DNA of 64,000 nucleotides from Raja brachyura (Eukaryota): the NCBI GenBank assembly GCA_963514005.1, contig OY740792.1, forward strand, positions 42,780,001 to 42,844,000. The letters run 5' to 3'. The notes beneath the pieces are model-generated. The model did no database searches. It was not told the origin of the DNA and was given only the letters and a program-made list of their open reading frames with translations. A program made the translations under genes and the position numbers. This document shows, in pieces, positions 22,521 to 36,800 of the stretch (within the stretch, counting starts at the first letter, position 1; each line of letters starts with the position of its first letter).

Positions 22521-25500
22521 ACTGAGAGAACAGAGTTTATGCCAGTTGAACAACTCCTTGAAAAAAAACAGATCTAGTGTAGCGTAGGACTCTCTGGGTT
22601 CCTGAAGGACTTCCCTCTAGATTTTAGTATATATCCAGAGAATGGGACTCAAGAATACAACCTCTTGGCTCAGTCACTGGCTGATATGCTGCTCACATCA
22701 TATTAATTTACAGGCCATATGGACAAAATAGGTATATATATGAGATACATAACTATTATACTTTCAAAGTGTACATTTTATGATCATTAAATTATTAATG
22801 CAATTCCTTAAATTGTGCATTCCCACAACTTAAAACAAAGTAAAGAAAGGTTTTGTAGAAGTTTGTCATGATTTAACACAAATGCAGGGAACATCTTTTA
22901 ATTCATAATGTGGGATTACAGGAAAGGTACAAATATACCATAGGAAAGATAAATACAATTGTGAATTACCAGGTGTATTAACACCTTGTATGCAACTGAA
23001 ATATGAATAAATTAATCAATCTGGAAGGAATGAAAGAATTATGTAAACCATAGCAAACGTAAGGAAAAGAAGCAGAAATGTTGGTGAAATGACAAATGCC
23101 ACATCTTAGTCGGTGTGCCAATATTATATATTTATCCATAAATCAATGGATCCTATTCAAATAAAATCTCAATCCCATGATTAGAACATATTATATGGAA
23201 AAAGATTACATCAATTATGTACTTTTATTTATTGTTTCAAAGTCATGTATTGATCCCTATTTAATCTCATCTGTTCATTTATATTATAGGCAGTTGGCTT
23301 GATATAAAATTCTAAGTAGGCCTTCTGGATTAGCATTTCATGAAATCATGTTCTGTCTTTAAACAGCAGAAAGATTACATTAGCTGTAAATTGAAAGAAT
23401 AAAACAGTGGAATGGTGGAAATCTCAGTGGTATGTGATTATGCACATACAGTATCTCGTTTGTATGCCATTTGGGGATTATATTGCCGCTTAGATTAATA
23501 ATATTCCCTTCTGAATTGAGGATAAATCTGTGCTTTCATTCCCTTCCACTTCTCTTTGTGTTTGCGGAGAAGGAATGGTTTATTGGCAGCGGGACACAAT
23601 GGGCTGCAAGTGAATCAGTAGCTCCTTTGCACCATCTCTGATATTACTTGCCACAGAAGAATCAATTGGACACGGTGGAATGTGGTTTGTTGCTTCTCCC
23701 TGAGCTTGCTATATACAGCTGGAAATTTCTCAATTATTTCTTTGCCACTTAAATATAATTTCCTACGTTCTCCCAGACGCCCACCTATAAATGAAAGATC
23801 AAGAAATTAGCTAGGATATCACTGTAAGTTAGAGAATCTTCAGCAATGAATATAACTGAAGTAGTTTTATTTTGCATAGTTAATTGCATTTGAAAATGCT
23901 GGAAAGCAATTTTACTGATGCTATGTGTGAATGAAGCATTTGAAAACAAGGATCGACTTTTGAAAGGTAGCACCAAGGCAAGAAAAAGCCTGATTACAGA
24001 TACTGAAGGAGCCTTGCTGCTCCCTTCCTCGCAACTCATTTAACGGAGATGATAAATTAAGATAACTGTCAGCAAATGCTCAGATTTATTTATGGGTGAA
24101 GAAGGTGTTACTTTTCTAACCACAACGTCAATTGCTGTGAATTTACGCTTGCCATCACTGATTTAGGGGTATAATATAGCCCTGTAATTAATCATAGTCA
24201 TACAGTGTGGAAACAGGCCCTTCACCCCAACTTGCCCACGCCAACCAATATGTTCCATCTACACTAGTCCCACCTGCCTGCGTTTGACTCATATCCCTCT
24301 AAACCTGTCCTGTCCATGTACCTGACTAAATGTTTCTTAAATGTTGTGATAGTACCTGCCTCAACTACCTTGTCCAGCAGCTCGTTCCTTACACCCACTA
24401 AAGTTACCCCTCAAGTTCCTATTAAATATATCTCCCTTCACCTTAAACCCGTGTCCTCTGGTTCTCAATTCCCCAACTCTGTGCGAGACTCTGTGAGTTT
24501 ACCCAATGTATTCCTCTCATGGTTTAGTACACCTCTGAAAGATCATATCTCATCCTCCTGCACTCCATGCAATAGAGTCCTAGCCTGCTCAACCTCTCCC
24601 TATAGCTCAGGCCCTCAAGTCCTGGCAACATTGTCATAAATCTTCTCTGCACTCTTTCCAGCTTGAAAACATGTTTCCAATAACAAGGTGCCCAAAACTG
24701 AACACAATAATGAACACAATGCTCTAAATCCAAACACCTTAATTTTTCACGAAGGTAATCCTGCTCCTTTATGTCCATGGTTTTGTGCTCTGTCCAGAAT
24801 AACCTGAATAGTGATCCATAGCACAGTCTGTTTGTTTCCTGTCCCAATTTTCCCATATGGAACCTACTCCACAATTTCCTGGAAATATAATTTGAATATA
24901 CTGCAAATAGGCAAGTTTGCAACAGCCTGAGCCATGATACAACCATCTGCAAAAAAGTACTAATTTTGCCAACTAATTAAAATTGTATTGTGTGGATTAC
25001 TATTGGCATAGCATGAGTCATAGAATTCTAAAGTTTAAATTGTTGCAATTTACTGAACTTGTTTGGAATTTTTGGGAAGTCAAACAAGATTTCAGAAAAT
25101 CCCTAAATTACAGATTTGTTTTAAAACTAGCTTTTCTAAAAGGACTGTAGACTTTGAAACCACAAAAACAAACCAGGAAAACAATAACATCTTCTTTCAT
25201 GTGTTTCTGGGCAAAAACTGAGGCTCAGTGACCCAATGTTGTAACATGGCAGCTTTCCCTCTTCCATCTTCTTCCCATCCTAGTGGTGTGAACTACATGT
25301 GGATCTATACATAGTTTATCAGTATGCAGGAACCCCCGGTAACCAATAGATCATGTGAATTAAAAAAGGGTCAGGCAGCATCTCTGGAGAACAGGGGCAG
25401 GTGACATTTCGGGTCGGGACCCTTCTTCAGACTGATTGGAGGTGAGGAGGAAGGAAGCTGGAAGAGAAGAGGGGATGGACCATCTTCTGCCTAACAAACC

Positions 25501-28334
25501 CCTCTCACCTTTATCACCCTTTACCTGCCACACTTTGTCCTGCCCCTCCTCTCTTCCAGCATTCTACCCGTCACCCCCGCCCCCCCTCCCCTCAATGAAG
25601 AGGGATCCCAACTCGAAACCTCATCTATCCAAGTTCTCAAGAGATGCTGCATACATCTGTGTCATGTGCACATATAGGTGTTCAATGTTCCGCTAGTTGA
25701 ACAACCAGTTCTATTTTGTGTCTAATGCTGTGTGTGGTCTGCTACATTCTCCTTGTAGATATAAACTGCCAATTCTCAATTCTACGTGATTCATAATTCA
25801 CCTTGTGCCAGAAAATAAATAAACACATCCTTATAAGGGAATGGGGAATTTATGGCTTAAATTTGTCTGTCTCAGTACAAGGAAGAAAAACATTGTAAAT
25901 ACCTTTGCTGGAAGGAGCGCAGAGAAGAATTACACAGATTTAGCCAGGACTCGAGGGCCTGAGCTATAGGGAGTGGTTGAACAGTCTAGGATTGTATTCC
26001 TTGGAGTGCAGGAGGCTAAAGGATGATCTTATAGAGGTGTATAAAATCATGAGGGGAATACACAGACTCTTTCCCCCAGGAGTGGGGAATCAAGGGGGCG
26101 TATGTTTGTGAGAGGGGAAAGATGTAGTAGGAACCTGAGGGGCAGCTCTTTCTCACAGATGGTAGTACATATATGGAACAAGCTGCCAGGGGAAATAGTT
26201 GAGACAGGTGCAATAACATAATTTAAAAGACACAGCCAGGTACATGGATAGGAAAAGATGAGATGGATATGGGCCAAACGTGGGCAAATGGGATAATGAG
26301 AGTCATAGTCATACAGCATGGAAACAGCCCCTTCATCTTAACTTGCCAGGCCAACCATCATGCCCCACCTACACTCATCCCACCTGCCTGCGCTTGGCTT
26401 ATATCCCTCCAAAAATCTCCCATCCACGTACCTGTCCAAATGTCTTTTAAGTGTTGTTATAGTACCGTCCTCAACTACCTCCTCCAGCAGGTCCTCCCAT
26501 ATACCAACCACCCTCTGTGAAAAAGTTGCCCTTCAGGTTCCGATTAAATTTTTCCCCTCTCATCTTAAACCTATGTTCTTGAATCTCCTACTCTGGGTAA
26601 AAGACTCAGTACATTCACCCTATCTATTCCCCTCGTGATTTTACACACCTCAATGAGATCACCCCTCATTCTCCTGCACTCCAAGGAATATAGTCCTAGC
26701 CTGCCCAACCTCTGCCTTTAACACAGGAGGAGTTGGGTCGAAAGGTATGTTTCTGTATTGTATGACTCTGACTCTATAACTCTTATGAATCTATCAAATT
26801 TCATTTATCACATAAATTCTCATTTTGATTAGATCCTCAAAGGTTAATTGTTAAAAGAAGCCGACGGATCAAGTAATATGTCTTTTATATGTACATGACT
26901 GCCTTTGTGGTTCATTTATCCACATTTGTTTTTATATGTTCCATTTCAAGAGAAGTCAATACTCAGATTTAGGACTACTGAAAAGCGGGTCGAGTATCCT
27001 TGTCATCCTTTGAGGATCCAATCGAAATCAGAGGTTATGTGATGTAAGAAATCCGAAATAGTCATAGAATCGTACAGCACAGAAACAGACCTTTCAACCC
27101 AAGTCCTCTTGAGCTATAGGCAGAGGTTTGGCAGGCAAGGACTATATTCTTGGAGTGCAGGTGATCTCATAGAGGTGTATAAAATCATGAGGGGAATAGA
27201 CAAGGTGAATGGATAGGGGCGTTTTGGATCAGGTCCCTTCTTCAGACTGATAGGACAGGTTAGGGCTGCTGCAATGTATGTATCTTTCTAGCATAGGTCT
27301 AAGATGAGCGGGGGGGGGGGGGGTAATATTTAATAGAAAACTGAGGGGTAACTTTTCACAAAAAAGGTGGTGGTTGTATGGAACGAGCTGCCGGAGGAGG
27401 TAGTTGAGGCAGATACTATCGCAACATTTAAGAAATAGGACAGTTTTAGAGGGATATGGGTCAAACACAGGCAAGTGGGACTAATGTAGATGGAGCATGT
27501 TGGTCGGTGTGGACTCTAAGACTATAATCTATTGAATTGTCTGTCCAGATGTTTCAGTTGGGCAACAAATATAAAAACATAGGTATTACGGCCCAAAAGC
27601 AGACTGAGTTTGATCTAAATTATCACCTTTTCTCACGTGAGGAGTCAGATAGTGTAATTATTGTGAAGTTGATGATAAAGCAAGAGACTCTGTGTCAGAC
27701 TAGAAAATGAGCAATGGCAAACCTTCAGAGTGGAAAGAAAGTGAATTGTGAAGGGTTCAAAAATAAAATCTGAAGATGCTGAAATCACACAGGCAGCATC
27801 TGTTGAAAGAGAAACAGAATTAATGTTTCCAGTCAAAGACTCTTTTATTTGCAGCATAAGGCTTGAGTCTGCTTCTTCCAAAGACCTCTTTCTGCCCAAG
27901 AAAGTACAATCAGAAAAAAAAGTATTAATTGCATTTATCCTTCAAAGACAGTTGGCTTATTATAACAGATATTATTGTGGTTTTTAAAGTTGAGGTGATA
28001 TTAGAAACATAGAAAATAGGTGAAGACGTAGGCCATTCAGCCCTTTGAGCCAGCATTGCCATTCAATATGATCATGGCAGATCATCCAAAATCAGTATCC
28101 AGTTCCTGCTTTCTCCCCCATATATCCCTTGATTCCATTAGCCCTAAGAGTTATATCTAACTCTCCCTTGAATACATCATTGCTATACTGTAAATACATC
28201 ATTTATATTGCAATAAATTCTCAAAAAACATGGATTTAACATATTTATATATATAGCCAATTTTCAACATTGGAAGTTAATATATTGTTAATATTTGAAT
28301 AAACTGTCTACCCTCAGTATATTTTCATTTTTAA

Positions 28335-28643
28335 TTTAGTCTAGTTTAGAGATACGGTGTGGAAACAGGCCCTTTGGTCCACCAAGTCTACGTCGACCAC
28401 CGATCCGGGCACACTAGCGCTACCCTACACACGAGGGAAAATTTACAATTACAGTATACCAAGCCAATTAGCCTACAAACTTGTAGGTCTTAGGAGTGCG
28501 CGAGGAAACCAAAATGCCCGGAGAAAACCTACGCAGTCACAGAGAGAATGTACAAACTCCGTACAGACAGCACTCGTAGTCACAATCGAATCCGGGTCTC
28601 TGGCGCATAAGCAGTAACTCTACCGCTGTGCCACCGTGCCGCC
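28335..28643 (-). mobile_element. V-SINE copy
   Basis: Full-length reverse-complement match. Confidence 0.8.
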
Positions 28644-29279
28644 TATTATTTGTAGTTTTGTAATACCTGTTTTATAAAAATATGCAGATAATGAAAGCAT
28701 ATTACAACATGGCACAACCAATGGTATTCACAAATGTTCAATGAACATGAAATAATGTGCAAACAAAACAACTGCACTGATGGCAGTTAAAATATAATCA
28801 TTGCAGGACACACTGGCATTCATCATTTGCAAGTGCTAGCTGTAACCATAGCAACTCACACCTATCGACAGTCTGTGAGCTTTGCACAGCACCAACATCA
28901 CAGACTAAACATACTGGCATCACACAGCTGCCACAAAGCAACAATAATACTCTGCTGGCTCTCCATGTCCCTTACTATTCTGTCATTACAACAAGCATGG
29001 CATGAAGTGACAACAGTAAAAAAACCTCCACATGAAGCTAAATAACCATACAAGTCAAAATGGGGACTGTAAACTCAGCGTGTTAGGCAGCGTCTCTGGA
29101 GAACATGGATAGGTGGCATTTCGAGGCAAGTCCTTTCTTCAGTCTCGATCTGAAACGTCACCTATCCATGTTCTTCAGAGATGCTGCCTGACACGCTGAA
29201 TTACTCCAGCACTTTGTATCCTCTTCTCTCCAGAGAAGCATTGAAATTGATTTATTGATTTATTGAAAGAAAGAAAGAA

Positions 29280-29585
29280 TCAACATGGCAACAGGCCCTT
29301 CGGCCCACTGAGTCCACGCCGACCAATGATCCCCCATTCACACTCATTCCATATTATGCCAATTTCACATCCACTCCCTACACATTAGGATAAATTTACA
29401 GAGGCCAATAAACCTACAAACCTACACGTCTTTGGGATGTCAGAGGAAATCAGAGTACCCAGAGGAACCCATGCAGTCACAGGGAGCATGCGCAAATTCT
29501 ACACAGACGACGCCCGTGGTCAGGATCGAGTCCGGGTCTCGAGGGCTGTGAAGCAGCAACTCTACCAGCTGTACCACTGTGCCTC
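29280..29585 (-). mobile_element. V-SINE copy
   Basis: Reverse-complement match to the SINE family. Confidence 0.78.
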
Positions 29586-29855
29586 TTGACCAGCTGTGTT
29601 ACTGTAAAAATTGAGTTTGTAAGATTTGCAATGAAGCACCGTGAAGCTAGAAAACGCGCACTGGGTGTGGAATGAATTTCTAGCAAATGCGCATGATGGA
29701 AATTTCAAACTAAATGTTTGCTGCATGTGTTGACTGGTTGCCTGCATCTTACACCTACTCACACCTGATGAGATCTCTCCCACCACAAGCCACAAGGAAG
29801 CCAGCTCCAACCTGATCAGCAAGATACTGATACTGCACTGTGCCTTACCAATTCA

Positions 29856-30145
29856 GGGCAGCACAGTGGTGCAGCGGTACAGTTGCCACCTTATAGTGCC
29901 AGAGACCTACGTCCGATCCTGACCTCGGGTGCTGTCTGTACGATGTTTGTACATTCTCCCTGTGACCACGTGGGTTTTCCCTGAGTACTCCAGTTTCCTC
30001 CCACATTCCAAAGACAGACAGTTTTGTAGGTTAATTGGCTTCTGTAAATTGTCCCTTGTGTGTAAGATAGAGCTATTGTATGGGGGGATTGTTGGTCGAC
30101 ACGAACTCGGTGAGCCGAAGGGCCTGTTTCCGTGCTATATCTCTA
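29856..30145 (+). mobile_element. V-SINE copy
   Basis: gggcagcacagtggtgcagcggtacagttg head, V-domain, tail. Confidence 0.8.
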
Positions 30146-30479
30146 CATTGACGGTCTCACAGGTTCTGTGACAACCAATTCACTCGCTCAGTTTAAAATG
30201 CCTGTCAGATGTTGTGAAAGACATGAATGCTTGTGACGTCTGTGAATTTCACAGTTAAATATATTTAACAACTATTAAATATTAAATCCACTATTAAAAT
30301 TGTCACCATCATATCAAACATTTTAAACATTTGATTTCAGGCATGTTGAAAAAAATTAAACAAATATAAATTAAGTCAATTGGCTTCTTGTAGCTTGCCT
30401 CCTTCACAGCTATTTTTCTCCATTGAACTGTCCTTTGCTTTCAGATCAGATAATACGATACAGAAATACAAATCAAATA

Positions 30480-30891
30480 CAGGTCCACCATCAATTTTCC
30501 GGCAACTGGTGGTCCGGCACCTCCTTTAATCTGGACAAATTTCCAAGAGCGTACTTGAAAATCTTCTCCAGAAATCCTCCCAAAACTCTGGCGCCTAGGC
30601 CTGGTTAGACGGACGATCCCGATCTCATCGGGACTTCCGCGGCCGATCGGTGGGTCAAATTTACCTCCTGCGGCCGGGCCTCCAGAACTCCGGCCCGGTC
30701 GAGCCAGCAGATCTGTTCCCATAGCCGACTTCCGAGGCCAACTTTGTACTCTCGGCTCTTCAGTAGCCCAGGCGGACCGTTACAGTTGAGAGACCATTGG
30801 ACTCCTGCTGTGACCACTGTTGTTCCGGGAAAATTGATAATCCAGAAAGGCAATGGAACCAAGGCTGTTGTAAAATCGGGTGGCAGACCTG
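30480..30891. mobile_element. Tc1/pogo-type MITE (degenerate)
   Basis: TA then caggtccaccatcaattttccggcaac at the left, imperfect inverted gttgtaaaatcgggtggcagacctg at the right, GC-rich interior. Confidence 0.5.
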
Positions 30892-31730
30892 GAAAATAGG
30901 TGGAGCAGAAGGGAAAATACAAACTGCAGAATATAGTTCTCAGCATTGTTGCAGCTTATGTATAGACGAAATACATGGCATAAAAGTACTAGTTGAGATA
31001 ACACAGGTCAGATGGAATCTGAGCCATATCTAAAGATGCCCTTGAACTACTTCCCTATCAGTCACAGACAGGTCACACACAGACACTACAAACTCCAGCA
31101 GGGTCAATGATACTTTGTTGTCACATGTACCTAAGGACAGTGACATTTCTTTTTTGCATACATTTCAGTAATAATCCCACTATACATAGACACAAATGCA
31201 AGAGTGTAGGAATGGTAGATTACACAAAGGCTGTACACAAGAGCCGCCATGTTTCAAAAGTGGCCATTATAATCCACAGGCATCAAGCAGCTTTCCAGTA
31301 GCCTTGCATCATGCCCAGAATTTCCTCCAGTACTGGAGAAGAGCATAAAGCTCAGTATTAAGGAAAAACCTCAGTACATAAATAAACAGCATTAACGGTC
31401 TTGTTACTGAACAGAACTGAAAGCAATCCAGCAACACGCCCATCCAGTCAAAGCTAGCCAGCCAAACTTCAAGCAATTCCGTAAACAATTACAAATGTAA
31501 ACGGTATAACGCTTAGCAAGGTTCTCGCCATCAATCCTCTCCAATAAAATGAACTGGGTCACTGTTCATTTCCAGGAATAACTTGGCACGACTGTGGGCT
31601 GCGATTTCTCAGCAAGCACCGTGGAGAATGGCAGCAAGTGTGAGCTCCTTCCTGCTCAGTAGACACAACCTAACAGGCACCTCGCAGGACATTCAGCCTT
31701 TCCGTACTTGCAGAAGTGCGGAGTTAGAGT

Positions 31731-32238
31731 TTAGAGTTTAGAGATGCGACGGGGACATAGCCCTTCTTCCCCCTAGTCAGTGCCGACCTGTGATCATCCA
31801 TACACTAGTTTAGTTTAGTTTAGAGATACAGCGAGAAAACAGGTGCTTCAGCCCACGGAATCCGCACCGACCATCGATCACCCGTACGCTAGTTTAGCTT
31901 TGTTTAATTTAGCGATACAGCATGGAAACAGGTCCTTCGGCCCAGCAATTCCATCGATCAGCCATACACTAGTAATAGATTAGATTAAATTAGAGATACG
32001 GCGCGGAAATAGGCCATTCGGTCCACCGAATCCGTGCCAACCATCAATAACCTGTACACTAGTTCTATCCTACACGTGTCTTTGGAATGCGGGAGGGAAC
32101 CGGAGCACCCGTAGAATATCCACGCGGTCACAGGGAGAAAGTGCAAACGACACACAGACAGCATCCATAGTCAGGATTGAACCTGTGTCTGTGGCGCTGT
32201 ACGGCAGCAACTCTGCCACTGCACCACTGTGCAGCCCT
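31731..32238 (-). mobile_element. V-SINE with four tandem copies of its 3' tail
   Basis: Head at about 32076-32238. The tail unit (ttagagatacagc..gaaacaggcccttcggccca...gatcacccgtacactag) repeats at about 31731, 31816, 31900 and 31985. Confidence 0.75.
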
Positions 32239-32575
32239 ATTATAAAAAAGATAATTCTTGAAATTCACAAAGGGAAGTCAAGTCAAGAGTATATATTGAC
32301 ATATGTCCCAAAATGGAACAATGAAATTCTTACGTGCAGCAGCACAACAGATATGTAAACATATGTAAACTCCTTAAATACCATTATAAACAGCAAGAAA
32401 GAATTTCAGTGTATTAAATAATAAAAATTTCCTGCAATATTATTTTTAGCAAAATCCAAATCTTTATTTATACTATATTAGTACACAATGTATATGTGAC
32501 TGCCTGCTTTTTCATTCAAAATGTGATTATATCGCTAATTTATAATATATTAATACTCTCTCTTCCTGCACCCAG

Positions 32576-32905
32576 GTATTCAAACAAAAGAGCTTGAAAC
32601 TAGTGAGTATGTAACTGCTGTGAAAGGCAGTGCAGCAGCATTACATTGTGCCTCTTCAAACAAAGATCTCAAACTGGTATTAGTTGAATGGGAGAAGACT
32701 GAAAACAGAACAAAACTCGTTGTGTTCCATGTGGCCACAAACGCAACAACTCTCCACAATGAACGAATAAAACTGGGAGTTAATGGACATCGATCCACGA
32801 TCACAATCACAGGAGTTCAGCCAGCAGACAGCGGCGGGTACACCTGCATATTTCATACCTTTCCAGACGGCAAAATAGAGGGCAAAGTATACTTGGATGT
32901 AAACG
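32576..32905 (+). CDS. TIGIT: TIGIT-like receptor, IgV exon (IQTKELETSEYVTAVKGSAAALHC...VEWEK...DSGGYTCIFHTFPDGKIEGKVYLDVN)
   Basis: Polypyrimidine tract plus CCCAG acceptor, donor G|GTAAGC, phase 1/1 as typical for Ig exons. Canonical Cys, Trp and DxGxYxC. YTCIFHTFPDG resembles human TIGIT YFCIYHTYPDG (nectin-family T(F/Y)P motif). N-glycosylation sequons NRT and NAT. Confidence 0.88.
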
Positions 32906-33564
32906 GTAAGCGTCGAGTTTTAAAATACATCTGAATGACAACTAGCAACTCATCACTTTGACTGTCATGGACGTCAGGTCATTGGGTATTTTTAGGCAGA
33001 GATCGACAGGTTAGTAAAGGTGTCAGGAGTTATGGGGAGAAGGCAGGAGAAAGGGGTTGAGAGGGAAAATTGGATCAGACATGATTGCATGGCAGAGTAG
33101 ACTCGATGGGCCGAATGTCCTAATTCTGCTCCTATGACTTATGAACTTGGTTTATAAGGGTAACAATGGGCAAGAGGTTTTGGGACTGGGAGACACAAGG
33201 AATTGCAGTCATCAGGCCAGGCAGCATCTGTGGAGGGAATGGACAGGCGACATTTCATGTTGGGACCTTTCTTCAGATTGACCATAGCAGGTAGACTGGG
33301 GGGATGGGACTAGTTCAGTTTAGTTTAATTTATTGTCATGTGTACCGAAGTACAGTGAAAAGCTTTTTTGTTGTGTGCTATCCAGTCAGTGGAAAGACTA
33401 TACATGATTACAATGAAGCCGTCCACAGTGTACAGATACAGGATAAAGGGAATAACGTTCAGTGCAAGATTAAAGTAAAGTTCGGTTAAAAATAGTCCGG
33501 GGGTCTCCAATAAAGGAGATGCTAGGTCAGGAGCACTCTCTAGTTGGTGATAGGGTGGTTCAGT

Positions 33565-33852
33565 TTAGTTTAGTTTAGAGAAACAGCATGGAAACAAACC
33601 TTTTGGCCCACCCAGTTCGTACCGACCAACGCTCCCCCGGGTACTAACACTATTCTACACACTAGGGAAAATTTTAAATTCTTACCAAAACCAATTGACC
33701 TACAAACCTGTAGGTCTTTGGAATGTGGGAGGAGACCGGAGGACCCGGAGAACAGGGGGAACGTGCAAACTCCATACAGACAGCACCAGCAGTCAGGTTC
33801 AAACCTGGCACTGTAAGGTAGCAACTCTACTGCTATGTCACCGTGCTGCCCA
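33565..33852 (-). mobile_element. V-SINE copy
   Basis: Reverse-complement match. Confidence 0.78.
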
Positions 33853-36800
33853 AAGTTTAGTTTAGTTTAGTTTAGGTTAGTTTATTGTCAGGAGTACCAG
33901 GATACATAGAACAGCTTTTTTTTGGCATGCTACCTAATCAGCAGAAACACTATACATAATTACAATCTAGTCATCCATAGCGCAGAGGTACTGGATAAAA
34001 TGAATAATGCTTAGTGCAAGATAAAGTCCAGCAAAGTCCAAATAAAGAGTCTCCCATGAAGTAGATGGTAGGTCAGAACAGCTCTCTAGTTGGTGATGGG
34101 ATGGTTCAGTTGTCCGATTACAGCTGGGAAGAGACTGTCCCTGGATCTGGAGGTGTGCATTTTCAAACGTGTACCTCTTGCCTGGTTGTAGAGGAGAGAA
34201 GAGCGATTGTTGTTAGAGAAGAGGTGAGAAGGGAGTCACTGCGCAGGAAGCCGATCCCAGAGCTGGTCCTCAGGCAGTGCTTCTCATGCGGCAAGCTTTG
34301 GTGAGGAGCAAAGTGTGCGGCACATTCTCTGCACCGGAGAGTTCATCAGCAAACTTGCTGCAGCTACAACCGGAACCTGCCAGCCCACGTACTGTACAGC
34401 CTGTGGTCACTGAACTATTCCAGGCTAATAACAGGCAGCAGCAAAGTCAAATTACAGAGACACAGGGAACTGCAGATGCTGCAAACCTGAGCAAAACACT
34501 AATTGCTGGAGGAACTCAGTGGGCTGGGCAGCGTTGGAGGGAATGGACAGGCAATGTTTTTTAAATTAACGTAGCCAGGTTTACCATTATTGTAAACTGC
34601 AAGGAGGGATCAAAGCCTCTCCCCAGCACTGGGCTGCCAGCTTGCATCACTCAAAGCAACATCAATGCAAAGACACACAAAGTCTCATATTTTTGTGCAA
34701 TTATTCCTTTACCAATGCTCTTCCACTGACAGGAAATAAAAAATAGGGACAAGATCAAACTGAAGGAGAGTTCCTAGCTTCGGATGCCTTTTTATTCGCT
34801 CAACCCAGCTGATGAATGGATAGGTGATACTTTGGGTTGGAACCCTTCTACTGACTGATTATATTGACAAGTGGTGGGGGGGGGGGGGGGGGGGGGAGGT
34901 AGCTGGAAAAGAGTTGGGGGAAGAACAAAGTCTGGCTGCAAAGTTTAAAGATGATGTGCAGGCAAGTTTTTTCCCCCACAAAGAGTGGATAGGACAGATT
35001 CAGAGGGATATGAGCCAAATGCAGGCAGGTGGGACTTGTGTAGATATGATATGTTGGTGGGTGTGGACAAGTTGGGCCAAAGACCCTGTTTCCACACTGT
35101 ATCACTCTATGACTCTATGGTGAGTGACTGGAATACATTGGCAGGGGTGGTGGTGGTGGAGGCATATTCGATAGTGGCACTTTAGAGAGACAAATGGATA
35201 TGCAGTGTTTGGAGGGATATGGATCATGAGAATGCAGATGAGATTTGTTTATCTTGGCAACATGTTCAGTACAGACATTGTGGGCCAAAGGACCTGTTCC
35301 TTTGCTGTACTGTTCACTGGTCTAATGTGTAACTGATGCCGAATAACATAATTGGCATTGTTGGCTGTCAATACATTTTCCAACAGATACCATCTTCAGT
35401 GCTAAGACTGCAAGCCACATCCTTTGTATACATCAAGAGGTGTACTTTTCTTATCAGCAGTCCGAAAAGGTCAATTATGACACATGTACATCAGACTAGT
35501 ATCCTTAACTAATTTGTGTGTAAGAAGGAACTACAGATGCTGGTTTATACCGAAGATAGAAACAAACTGTTGGAGTAATTCAGCAGGTCAGGCAGCATCT
35601 CTGGAGAAAATAAATAGGTGAGGTTTCGGGTCAGAACATTTCTTCAGACTCAAAGCAGTAGGCGATGTTTCGGGTTGGAACCCTTCGCCGCCTATTCCTT
35701 TTCTCGAAAGATGCTGCCTGATCCGCTGAATTACTCCAGCATTCTGTGTCTATCCTTTTTTAATTTAAATAGATATAAAGTTGTGAACAACAAACTGCTG
35801 AAGGAACTCAGCAGGTCAGGCAGCATCTGGGGAGGGGGATGGGCAGTTGGCATTTTGGGTCAGGACCCTTCACTCAGTACTTAGGTAGAATCCTTACAGG
35901 ATAAAACCTTTGCCCCATTTCCGCCTCCACCCGACACCCACACTGCCGCCACTCTCAGGAATGGTGGGATGCATTACTCTGTGGACGATGCTCCATTGCT
36001 CCCAGTGTAGGATCCTGATTGGATGATTCATGGATTGCAGAAACTAGGAACTGCTGATGCTGCTTCACCCAAAAGGACAGCTGGTGCTGGAGTAACTCAG
36101 CGGGTCAGGCAGCACCCTTGGAAAACATGGATGGGTGACATTTCGGGTCGAGACCCTTCATCTTCATCTTTCATCCTTTATGGACTGCAGTCTGGAATTG
36201 GAAGAAAAATGGGAGAAAGAGGTCACTTCTCCATCTTGTATTTTGGTTTTCAAGATAACTTCTACTGGAAAATGTATTCTGACTATGTTATTCTATGTGA
36301 ATGTGGCTGCTGATTCCCTTGGCATTTAAATTTGGACTTTGTGGTTGGTTCAGAGGGAGGTAACTATAGGAAGTCACTTCTATAAATGTAGCTTAACTAA
36401 ATTCTTCTTAACTACAAGCATTGTTAAAATGTTTATCCATAGATGTTTACTAAGGGCTTCATTGTGTCTTTGCCAGTTCTTTGCTTGACTAATTACAGTG
36501 CAGTGGTTTAGCTTTTTATTCACTCCCAGGATGTGGGTGATTGTGCCACAGCCAAGTCCTTGCTGTTTGGAATTTCTTGTCTTACTCATGGGAGATTGAA
36601 GTCACATATGAACTAGTGATAGTTATGGTCATGGAAACAGGTCCTTCAGCCCAACCTTCCCACACCAACCAACATGTCCCATCTACACTAGTCCCACTTG
36701 TCTGCATTTGGCCCATATCCATCTAAACCTATCATATCCTTGTACCTGTCTAATTGCTTCTTAAACATTTAGATCGTCCCTGCATCAACTACTTCCTCCA

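Noticed and set aside
23777-23823. Exon-like segment (ttctcccag...CACT|GTAAGT) in intron 1
   Set aside because: Stops in all three frames and no signal peptide. At most a non-coding or poison exon, and unsupported.
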